Assembly (NCBI GenBank): GCA_030141605.1 | Contig: JAQGDQ010001336.1 | Location: 1 to 46,396, forward strand | Origin: Tubiluchus corallicola | Lineage: Eukaryota > Animalia > Priapulida | Direction of reading: 5' to 3' | DNA: 46,396 nt | Made by a program: the position numbers and the translations under genes | Notes under the pieces: generated by a model | Seen by the model: only the letters and a program-made list of their open reading frames with translations | What the model was told of the DNA's origin: nothing | Databases searched by the model: none | Shown here: positions 35,275-46,396 of the stretch, in pieces | Layout of the letters: every line of letters begins with the position of its first letter | Numbering within the stretch: the first letter of the stretch is position 1

Positions 35275-36148
35275 TGTCGTCATCAACATCAACAAGGTTT
35301 TTCAGTGTCGTCATCACCATCAACAAAGTGTTTCAGTGTCGTCATCACCATCAAAAGGTGTTTCACTGTCGTCATCATCATCAACAAGGTTTTTCAATGT
35401 CGTCATCACCATCAGCAAGGTTTTTCAGTGTCGTCATCACCATCAACAAGGTTTTTCAGTGTCGTCATCACCATCAACAAAGTTTTTCAGTGTCGTCATC
35501 ACCATGAACAAAGTTTTTCAGTGTCGTCATCACCATCAACAAAGTTTTTCAGTGTCGTCATCACCATCAACAACATTTTTCAGTGTCGTCATCACCATCA
35601 ACAAAGTTTTTCAGTGTCGTCATCACCATCAACAAGGTTTTTCAGCGTCGTCATCACCATCGACAAGGTTTTTCAGTGTCGTCATAACCATCAACAACAT
35701 TTTTCAGTATCAACAATGGCGACAATCTTTATGATTTTGAATCTCATCATCGATTTGTTTTGTTTATCGTCTCAAACGCGTCGTCATCACCATCAACAAC
35801 ATTTTTCAGTATCAACAATGGCGACAATGGCGACAATCTTTATAGTTTTGAATCTCATCATCGATTTGTTTTGTTTATCGTCTCAAACGCGTCGTCATCA
35901 CCATCAACAACATTTTTCAGTATCAACAATGGCGACAATGGCGACAATGGCGACAATGGCGACAATGGCGACAATGGCGACAATCTTTATGGTTTTGAAT
36001 CTCCTTATCGATTTGTTTTGTTTATCGTCTCAAACGCGTCGTCATCACCATCAACAACATTTTTCAGTATCAACAATGGCGACAATGGCGACAATCTTTA
36101 TGGTTTTGAATCTCATCATCGATTTGTTTTGTTTATCGTTTCAAACGT
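35275..36148. repeat. 31-bp minisatellite (~14 copies) grading into four ~100-150-bp units with a variable 9-bp sub-repeat
   Basis: Unit TTTTTCAGTGTCGTCATCACCATCAACAAGG. The later units carry (GGCGACAAT) x1, x2, x6 and x2. Confidence 0.95.
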
Positions 36149-36575
36149 GAAAAGTTCAAGTAAAAAAACGAACTAAAAGATTCTCGACTAAAGATTAGAG
36201 CAATTTGTATGGCCAATCGTATCCTGCGAAACTCATCAGTTCCTTTTCAACGTTTCATAGAATCTATTGAGCGTGAGATCAATCAGAGTTCTATTCAAAC
36301 GTGTTTATTCACTAGCTTAAGTAAACCACCACGCGCAATTCGTTATGAAGATCTTTAACAGACGATTTGACTCCGTCATTCGGTATTATTATTATAATAC
36401 TAATCATTTCCGATAAATCGTAATACAAGAATGCGTATTGTGGTACAGGGTGTTCCAAAAGAAACAGTTTACTAAGCATACAGCATTACAATAAGTAACA
36501 AGTGTGCAGAGAGTTACGTGGTAGGAACACTGGATCATATTTATGCTATTATCATGTTATAATGTAAAAGTTACA

Positions 36576-36950
36576 GAAGAGAAGAGAAGAGAAGAGAAGA
36601 GAAGAGAAGAGAAGAGAAGAGAAGAGAAGAGAAGAGAAGAGAAGAGAAGAGAAGAGAAGAGAAAAGAGAAGGGAAGAGAGAAGAGAAGAAAAGGGTAGAG
36701 AGAAGAGAAGAGGAGAAGAGAAGAGAAGAGAAGAGAAGAGAAAGGAAGAGAGAAAAAAGGAAAGAGAGAAGAGAAGGGAAGAAAGAAGAGAAGAGAAGAG
36801 AAGAAAAGGGAAGAGAGAAGAGAAGGGAAGAGAGAAGAGAGGAAAAGGGAAGAGAGAAGAAAAGAAAATGGAAGAGAGAAGAGAAGAGAAGAGAAAAGAA
36901 AAAAGAAGGGAAGAGAGAAGAGAAGAAAAGGGAAGAGAGAAGAAAAGAGG
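36576..36950. repeat. (AGAAG)n polypurine satellite
   Basis: Direct reading. Confidence 0.98.
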
Positions 36951-37099
36951 ATATCATTTTGGATATTTCACCATCCTATATTTTTTAAATACAAATCGCC
37001 CCAAACAAGCCGAAAGACACTCAAGCAAAAAGTTACAGTGAAAGATATAACTGCAAACACGTGCCCAGAGAAATAAAATCCAAGAAAAGCTAATTTTAC

Positions 37100-37250
37100 T
37101 GCTGACAGCAGATATCTGTTGATGGTCTTCTTCAAGTTTTGAGGTTGCAATTTTCAGAGAAAGCTTTCTAGTAGAGAATTCCAAAGATGAAAAGCCCGAG
37201 GAAAAGACTGGATTTATAAGGACTTGACAAACCTTGTAGATTGAATCATG
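37100..37250 (-). mobile_element. Degenerate 3' end of a CR1/L2-like LINE
   Basis: With frameshifts the minus strand encodes YKSS-FPRAFHLWNSL...LKKTINRYLL. Confidence 0.6.
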
Positions 37251-37477
37251 CATCTTTAGTTTCTGTAATAGCAGTGCCAGTAATAGTTAGGGTACTTTTC
37301 TGTATTTTGCTAGGGTTATTCAGTGGTTTTGCATTTCGAAGAGTGTTGCATATTGCTTATAATAATGTTGCCAATTTTTAATATTATTAATTATTTTTAA
37401 CGTTTATGTGTTGAAGGCAAAGTTATTTTTGATTTTAAAATTTCTGCCTGTCCAATACTATAATGAAGTAAAGGGAA

Positions 37478-37999
<522 letters not shown>

Positions 38000-38571
38000 C
38001 TAAATTGTTTACAATTGGTCTAAATTGTGTGCATATTTTGTCATAGTACATAATGTTATAGATTCATAAGTTCGAAGATACTCTCTTATTACAGCGTGTA
38101 GTGCAGGGTAATCACGGAGTAATCATGTGCAAAGAGAGTCTTCTAAGAAAAGCGTCCCTGTAGATAGCCAAGCTATTCATTCAAACTAATGCATCTAGTA
38201 AGCGCGCCGGCTTTTGTCAACATTGGGGTATCAGAGAATGTCACGGTCTATACATCTACTAGGATAAAAACAAGTTTATGTGTCTTTTTTGGCGAAAAAT
38301 CAAACAAGTCTTTGATAAGCCGGCGCGCAGACATTACTTCCCGCTTGAGACGTCAAGAGATCTTCAGTTATTGATTTTATGCAAAGCAGTAAAAGCTTAT
38401 ATACCTTGTTTGACAAGATTGTTGCAAGTGAAAGGGAAATTAAAGGCTTCATATTGTTTCAAAGTGACTCTGTCGGTGGCTTGTTAAGGGATTTGGTAAC
38501 AAAAAATAAAGAAGCATTCGACTTCGTCTTAGCATTTCGACTCAATAACTCGCAATTTCGAGTTAGTAACT

Positions 38572-39240
38572 CGTTTCGTTTCGTTTCGTTTCGTTTCGTT
38601 CTGTTCTGTTCTGTTCTGTTCTCTTCTCTTCTCTTCTCTTCTCTTCTCTTCTCTTCTCTTCTCTTCTCTTCTCTTCTCTTCTCTTCTCTTCTCTTCTCTT
38701 CTCTTCTCTTCTCTTCTCTTCTCTTCTCTTCTCTTCTCTTCTCTTCTCTTCTCTTCTCTTCTCTTCTCTTCTCTTCTCTTCTCTTCTCTTCTATTCTATT
38801 CTATTCTATTCTATTCTATTCTATTCTATTCTATTCTATCCTATCCTATTCTAATTCTATTCTACTCTATTCTGTTCTGTTCCCTTCTGTTCTGTTCTAC
38901 TCTGTTCTGTTCCCTTCTGTTCTGTTCTGTTCTATTCTGTTATGTCCTGTTATTTTCTATTCTATTCTATTCTATTCTATTCTATTCTATTCTATTCTAT
39001 TCTATTCTATTCTATTCTATTCTATTCTAATTCTATTCTACTCTATTCTGTTCCGTTCCGTTTTGTTCTGTTCCCTTATGTTCTGTTCCTTTCTGTTCTG
39101 TTCTGCTCTATTCTATTCTATTCTATTCTATTCTATTCTATTCTATTCTATTCTATTCTATTCTATTCTATTCTATTCTATTATATTCTATTCTATTCCC
39201 TTCTGTTCTATTCTATTCTATTCTATCCTATCCTATCCTA
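38572..39240. repeat. Compound pentamer satellite TTTCG/TTCTG/TTCTC/TTCTA
   Basis: Direct reading. Confidence 0.98.
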
Positions 39241-39309
39241 TTAATAATTTGTTTAAGACGGGTCAACAAAAACCTTGTGTCCTGCTGCTGCTACAGTATT
39301 TTCTATTAA

Positions 39310-39864
39310 AGGGAAGACAGGATGATTTTTCATATCCTGTCCCATCTTGAAGTACAGTAAAAGTGTACATTTTAACACCTATAATAATTGCAAAGCGTTT
39401 CTGTTAATTAATTAATAGGATAAAAACTTAATTAACGGAGGGCAAGCGCAGTTATTGATGACATCACAAACTAACATGATTTTCAACAGCGCAACGAGCG
39501 CGTTGCACGTGTTTTTGAAAGTGAACATTGAAGTACAGTGTTTTACTGCGCAACATTCAGTTTGCCATGCAAAACCTCGACAAATTTAAAATTCAAATTT
39601 AAAATTCAGCGCTGTGTTCACGCATCTGCTTACAGCACCTGTTTTTTGTGTAATGTATGTTTCCCAGATGCAGGCGCTAATGCCCCATCTAACGTGCGAA
39701 TGCTGAAATGCATTTAGCAGTGAAGAATTAGCTCTGCGAAATTTCGTTTCTGTGGTAATAATTCTTTCACGTAAGTCAAACTTGAAAAAAATAGTATTTC
39801 ACTTTCATATTTTATACGGTAGACTGCTTTAAGCCATATGTTTAAGACTGGGTCCGGTTTTCCT
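39310..39864. mobile_element. Kolobok-like MITE family B
   Basis: TTAA|AGGGAAGACAGGA ... TCCGGTTTTCCT|TTAA. Homologous to 19231-19950 and to 44585-44730 / 45545-45595. Confidence 0.8.
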
Positions 39865-39888
39865 TTAACTACCTAGACGATTTAAAGT

Positions 39889-41440
39889 ATATATATATAT
39901 ATATATATATAATAATCTTTATTTGCCATAAAAAAATCGATATTTATAACTATAAAATCATAAAAGAACATCGCAGCATGAGAATAAAATTCATACAACT
40001 GTTAAAGGCAAATGCGTCCAGTGCAAACTAAAAACTACTGTGCCAAAAATTTAAAACAAAATATACATTATAATGTTACACGGAAAATATAATAGATTAT
40101 ATACATACAATTTAAAATGGACGTGGGTAAATAACATTTGTGGATGAATATATATTATCATTTACGTATGTTGGGTTTTCAAAACGATTTAATGTATGTA
40201 TTTTTAATTTGATTTGATTCGTCGAAAGACTTGATTTGTTTTAAATTTGATGGCAGGGTATTCCAAAGTTGAACTCCTTGTTTAGTGATAGAATTGCTGC
40301 CGTATTTGTTATTAGTGCGTATTTGTTTAATATTGTGTGTTCTTGGATTTAATGTTGGCTCCAAGAGGAGTGGCAGCTTATTTTTGATGAAGGGCGTGTT
40401 AATATTGTTGATGTATTTATATAAAAACAGGATTGTGTAGAAGCCTTTATGTGCTTGTAAAATTGGGATTTTAAACATTGTTCTTAATTCTGCTGCAGAG
40501 GTTTGATTTGTTATGAGGGACGATTTATTTGAATAGCCAGCGACTAATCTTAAGGCATAATTTTGAAGACTATTTAGTTTGTTATAGCTGTCTCTTGAAA
40601 TTTCATGAAAAAGTGTGCATCCGTATAAAAAGTGCGGTAGAATGAGAGTTTTAAAAATTAATACCTTTGTCTGTTTAGTTAGTTGACCTTTTACCTGCCG
40701 TAAGTAGGGCATTTTATCGTAAATTTTATTAAAGTGGTTATCCCAAAAAAGTTTGTTAGCTACACACATACCACAGAAACTTACATTTTTTCTGTTTTAT
40801 TATGCTATTTTCAACTTTTATTGAAGTATTACTTATACTGTCATTTGAGAGCGGGGAAAGGACCATGAAATCTGTCTTGGTGTTGTTTAATTTGAGTTTT
40901 AAATGGGTAAACGCTATGTTAATGTTTGCGATGTCCTGTTCTAAAAGTCGTTGAGCTGTTGCTACATTTTCGTGTCCTAAATATATAGTTGTGTCGTCAG
41001 CATACTGTGTTATATAACAATGTATTATAGATATATTGTTAATATAAAGACAGAAAAGCAAGGGACCCAAAAGTGTGCCTTGTAGTATGCCCTGCTGTAT
41101 TGTTAGCCATTCTGAGACAGTATTTTTAGATAATTTAACTCTTTGTTTTCTGTTTCTCAAGTAACTGTTAATGAGCTTTAATGAAGTTGCATTAAATCCT
41201 AATGATTTTAAATTGTCTTTCAAAAGATTGTGGTCTAGGCTTTCAAAGGCTTTACTTAAGTCTAAAAATGAGGCTACAACATATTTATTTTCATTTAAGT
41301 TTGATCTCCAGTTTTCAGTTGCATGTATGATGGCATCAGTAATAGAGTGTTTTCGTCTAAAACCAAATTGATGTTTACCAAGTATATTGTTAACATTTAT
41401 ATATGAATTCATTTGTTCATATAGTACTTTTTCCAAAATT
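39889..41440 (-). mobile_element. 5'-truncated CR1/L2-group LINE (RT domain, one frameshift, 3' UTR, AATAAA and (TA)n tail)
   Basis: ORF 41436-40756 has QFGFR, FLDLSKAF, GILQGTLLGPLLFCLYIN and QYADDT. ORF 40769-40179 has IFKTLILPHFLYG and GVQLWNTLP. TTTATT at ~39918-23 lies next to (TA)n. Confidence 0.95.
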
Positions 41441-41496
41441 TTTCCAAAACAATGAACAAGCGCCTAGCCGATATAGACCCGACCGGGACATAAGCT

Positions 41497-41698
41497 GCCG
41501 TAGCCAATGTCCATGATTTGTGCACAACAGTTTTTCCCCGGACTTCTTATCTGTGGAATTTGCTGGCAAAAGTTCATCAAAAATTAGAACGTTAATTCGA
41601 TTCAAGAAGAATATAAATAGGTACCTGCTATCAGTATCAGTTATAAGAATTCTATTTCACGAGATACGAGATACGTTATTCATATCTTCACTTTTTCA
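41497..41698 (+). mobile_element. 3' end of a CR1/L2-like LINE (copy of 34676-34876)
   Basis: Close alignment with 34676-34876. Confidence 0.75.
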
Positions 41699-42562
41699 GT
41701 GGTTACACACTGGCTCCGGTTTTCGTTTAACTACCTAGACGAGTTAAAGTTAGTGGTTTCTGTTATTTCTCGTGAAAATGTTGCTGTTTGGTCCGTTTTA
41801 GACCGAACTGACAATTTGACACAATGACAGTGCAGCGATGTTTTGCACACATCAGGAAGCTGCTTCCAAGTTTCTGTTGCGCCAGACTAATGAAAAACAA
41901 TATCGAATCTGTGATTCTTGTAAAAGCACGCCAATCTTTGGAAGAAGCTGAGAAAATGGGTGGCATCCGTTTGGAGGTTGATTATTATGGACAGAATGAG
42001 CGTAATTGATTGCATTAGTGAACGGCTGAAGCACAAGATTTAGCTAAACTTGTGAGTAAACGGAGAGTGTCTGTGAGTAGAAATACGCTGTTTTGCATCG
42101 CGAAACACAGAAACTTAACAATGGACTTCTGCATTGTGACGTCATAACTTATAATGACGTAAAAATACAAGTATATTCGCATATTTCAAATTTTACTTGT
42201 TGTCGGAAATTCATTTCCGAAGTAAGCAAACTAATATTTGCTCTGTATTTTTTTTTATTAATTCTTTATTTGTCAGTAGAATGGTTCACTCTTTATAATA
42301 AAATTGAGTAAGCCTCAGCGTAATGTTAAGATAACAACAATGTTCAAGACAAATGTATAAGTAACTGTACGATGTAGTTAAAGACAGAGTACATAATTAC
42401 TTCTGTAGTTTTATTGCGAAAGTATGTACATAAGAAACTGCCTTATTGTATCATTAACCGTGAAATTGTTTAATGAATAGGCCTGGTATAAAGTCCGAGG
42501 CAGGGAGTAACTCGTTGGGAAAGACCTGATGACCATGAAAGTTGAAGGAGCAGGTTTTTCTC

Positions 42563-43369
42563 ACGTTTAAAGGGAAAGCTATCTCTAAACTTAATATGTA
42601 CTAACAGCAGTTGAAGTGAAGTTAGTTTTTCCCCACGATTAGAAGCAAAGCTATCTCCAAACTTAATATGTACTAACTGTAGTTAAAGGGAAGTAAAGTT
42701 TCTCCCACGTTTAGAAGCAAAGCTATCTCCAAACTTAATATGTACTAACTGTAGTTAAAGGGAAGTAAAGTTTCTCCCACGTTTAGAAGCAAAGCTATCT
42801 CCAAACTTAATATGTACTAACTGTAGTTAAAGGGAAGTAAAGTTTCCCCACGTTTAGAGGCAAAGCTATCTCCAAACTTAATATGTACTAACTGTAGTTA
42901 AAGGGAAGTAAAGTTTCTCCCACGTTTAGAAGCAAAGCTATCTCCAAACTTAATATGTACTAACTGTAGTTAAAGGGAAGTAAAGTTTTCCCACGTTAAG
43001 AGGCAAAGCTATCTCCAAACTTAATATGTACTAACTGTAGTTAAAGGGAAGTAAAGTTTTTCCTACGTTTAGAGGCAAAGCTATCTTCAAGCTTAATATG
43101 TACTAACTGTAGATAAAGGGAAGTAAAGTTTTCCCACGTTAAGAGGCAAAGCTATCTCTAAACTTAATATGTACTAACAGCAGTTAAAGGGAAGTTAGTT
43201 TTCCTCACGTTAAGAGGCAAAGCTATCTCTAAACTTAATATGTACTAACTGTAGTTAAAGGGAAGTAAAGTTCCCCCACGTTTAGAGGCAAAGCTATCTC
43301 TAAACTTAATATGTACTAACTGTAGTTAATTTAAAGGGAAGTAAAGTTCCCCCACGTTTAGAGGCAAAG
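42563..43369. repeat. ~72-bp minisatellite, ~11 copies
   Basis: Unit CACGTTTAGAAGCAAAGCTATCTCCAAACTTAATATGTACTAACTGTAGTTAAAGGGAAGTAAAGTTTCTCC. Confidence 0.96.
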
Positions 43370-43742
43370 TGTTGTGGAGATCGCTGGCACCTATTAGAAT
43401 TACATAGAACATTGTAGAATGTTCCGTTAGAATAATCGTCTTACTGTGTAGAATGTTGTGGAACAAAACTTCTAGAAGCTTCTTGGGCGCGCTATATAAG
43501 GCGAAGCAGGCCGCTCAGACGGGAGCATACACGGACGCCACTTACACATTCTCTTGTATACTTACATTTTCAGATTTTCAGATACACTCAAACGTTTTTC
43601 AGATTTTCACGTTTAATGTTATCATTTTGTGTTCCTTCAAACTTTTGTTTTGAAGAGAATTCTCGCTTAATAAACTAGTTTAATTTGAAGAAGTGTTTTC
43701 TGGTTTTCTCTACGAGCCTTCCGATAGAAACAAAGCACAACA
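43370..43742 (+). mobile_element. Solo LTR (373 bp) with perfect 5-bp TSD
   Basis: Termini TGTTGTG...CACAACA, TSD CAAAG (43365-69, 43743-47), TATA box CTATATAAG (~43492-500) and AATAAA (~43669-74). Confidence 0.92.
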
Positions 43743-43962
43743 CAAAGCTATATCTGAATTTAATAAAGACTACAAATCGCAGAGACATAAGTATGATTAC
43801 AAAGAAATTAAGCCAGTTAGCCTTGCTTTCAAATTAATAAGCAAAAAAATATGAAGTCCCTCTTGCCTTTGAACATACGAATATATCATGCCTGCGATGT
43901 GTTTTTTCTATATTTAACTGATCGTCTGCAAGGTCTACGTGAATACGTGAATACGTGAATGG

Positions 43963-45595
43963 GACTTGAAAATGGGGTAACATATGAATTATTGCATTAA
44001 ACTTTTTATCGTACTTGAAAAATGGGGTAACATATGAATTATCGTATTAAACTTTTTATCGTACTTGAAAATAGGGTAGCATATGAATTATCGTATTAAA
44101 CTTTTTATCGTACTTAAAAATAGGGTAGTATATGAAATATCGTATTAAACTTTTTATCGTACTTGAAAATGGGGTAGTATATGAAATATCGTATTAAATT
44201 TTTTATCGTATTTGAAAATAGGGTAGTATATGAAATATCGTATTAAACTTTTTATCGTACTTGAAAATAGGGTAGTATATGAATTATCGCATTAAACTTT
44301 TTATCGTACTTGAAAATAGGGTAGTATATGAAATATTATATTAAACTTTTTATCATACTTGAAAATAGGGTAGTATATGAAATATCGTATTAAACTTTTT
44401 ATCGTACTTGAAAATAGGGTAGTATATGAATTATCGTATTAAACTTTTTATCGTACTTGAAAATAGGGTAGTATATGAATTATCGCATTAAACTTTTTAT
44501 CGTACTTGAAAATAGGGTAGTATATGAAATATCGTATTAAACTTTTTATCGTACTTGAAAATGGGTAGCATATGAATTATTGAAAATTATGTTCGTTTGT
44601 GATGTCATCTATAGTTGGCCTCGCCCGCCGTTAACTAAGTTTTGAATCTATATTTAGTTAATAGAAACGTTTAGTATTAATTGTGTTTACATTTTACCGT
44701 AGTGAATGGGACTTGAAAATGCGTATTACTTTTGTACTTGAAAATGGGGGAGCATATGAATTATCGTATTAAACTTTTTATCGTACTTGAAAATAGGGTA
44801 GCATATGAATTATCGTATTAAACTTTTTATCGTACTTGAAAATAGGGTAGCATACGAATTACCGTATTAAACTTTTTATCGTACTTCAAAATAGGGTAGC
44901 ATACGAATTATCGTATTAAACTTTTTATCGTACTTCAAAATAGGGTAGCATATGAATTATCGTATTAAACTTTTTATCGTACTTGAAAATGGGGGAGCAT
45001 ATGAATTATCGTATTAAACTTTTTTTGTTAGCATACGAATTATCGTATTAAACTTTTTATCGTACTTCAAAATAGGGTAGATATGAATTATCGTATTAAA
45101 CTTTTTATCGTGCTTCAAAATAGGGTAGCATATGAATTATCGTATTAAACTTTTTATCGTACTTGAAAATGGGGGAGCATATGAATTATCGTATTAAACT
45201 TTTTATCGTACTTGAAAATGGGGTAACATATGAATTATCGCATTAAACTTTTTATCGTACTTGAAAATGGGGTAACATATGAATTATCGTATTAAACTTT
45301 TTATCGTACTTGAAAATAGGGTAGCATACGAATTACCGTATTAAACTTTTTATCGTACTTCAAAATAGGGTAGCATATGAATTATCGTATTAAACCTTTT
45401 ATCGTTCTTCAAAATAGGGTAGCATATGAATTATCATATTAAACTTTTTATCGTTCTTCAAAATAGGGTAGCATACGAATTACCGTATTAAACCTTTTAT
45501 CGTACTTCAAAATAGGGTAGCATATGAATTACCGTATTAAACCTTTTATCGTTCTTCAAAATAGGGTAGCATATGAAAAATCATCCTGTTTTCCT
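43963..45595. repeat. 49-bp minisatellite embedded in the end of a family-B MITE
   Basis: Unit GTACTTGAAAATAGGGTAGCATATGAATTATCGTATTAAACTTTTTATC. It is interrupted at ~44581-44732 by MITE-B internal sequence and ends AAATCATCCTGTTTTCCT|TTAA. Confidence 0.95.
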
Positions 45596-46396
45596 TTAAA
45601 ATACGTACATAGCGTATAAGCCATGCTTAATAACCACACTTTTCGTGTTATGGTTTCCTTTATCTCAAGTATCTCTTTGCTAATACAATTTTATAATTGG
45701 CAAAGCAAATATTTCCACACCTCTTTCTCGCCGCCTCTGTTGCACTTTAGACGAGAATTTAATGGCATCTCATTTTAATCGCTCGGTTGCTACGAGTGAC
45801 CGGATGATGAAAACATCAGCTTCTTGTTTCCAGGTACATCGTTTGGTGTCTAATTGCCAACCGAAGCGGTAAAGTGGCTGCTGCACGACTTCTCGTCTTC
45901 AATTCATTTAAATTCTGCGCAAATTACTCCTCGAGTTCCACGGATTTGAAGAGGCGACATGCAGAAAGGGATAATCTAATCAACCACGCGCAGTGATTTC
46001 ATCCGCTTGTAGTTCGGTAACTGTGTAAAGAGGGTTTATGTTGAACAAACTACACACATGAGTAGAAGGACATGTCTCAATGTATCTATTAAAATAAAAC
46101 TAGGAAAGACAGATATTTCTGCAATCTTTGTTAACATTTTTTGTGCAATATGACAGATCTTTTTTGTCAAGTGATAACATGTTAGTTTAGTTTAGTTTAT
46201 TATCATCACGTTCAGTACAATATAATGACATTAAGCACACAGTGATATCAAAATTATTACGTCATACTTGTTACGTTGCATACACTATCGTTATCATAAA
46301 AGAATAATTGTACTGCAGTGGGATATGTCAGGCTTTAGTCTAATTTATTACAATAGAAAATTGAATAGATATATATATATTAAGGATGCCTATATA

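Noticed and set aside
41824-42058. Short ORF and TT|GTGAGT donor
   Set aside because: All frames I checked stop before the donor and there is no clear acceptor. At most it is a non-coding exon, and that is unsupported.
42526-42545. CTGATGA...GAAA hammerhead-like core (similar partial cores near 11634, 22213 and 36233)
   Set aside because: Stem II and the flanking helices cannot be formed.

Overview
AT-rich, repeat-dense eukaryotic DNA, most likely from an invertebrate animal (spliceosomal introns, RTE and CR1/L2 LINEs, solo LTRs, many MITEs, micro- and minisatellites). It is not prokaryotic, and there is no CRISPR array. Host genes: the last two coding exons of an unidentified + strand gene (4267-4324, 5222-6679), and a probable promoter plus first coding exon of a second + strand gene (20433-20492) whose first intron appears to fill much of the rest of the window. 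The most striking signal is a complete HDV-like (nested double-pseudoknot) self-cleaving ribozyme fold at 86-180. It heads a ~570-bp non-coding element (61-632) bounded by a 13-bp target-site duplication, which suggests a ribozyme-headed non-autonomous retroelement. Other notable items: an RTE insertion with a reiterated hairpin-(GAT)n tail inside its TSD, a tRNA-derived foldback element, a composite LINE insertion between 40-bp direct repeats, and minisatellites derived from MITE ends. All calls come from reading the sequence by eye; no database searches or folding programs were run.
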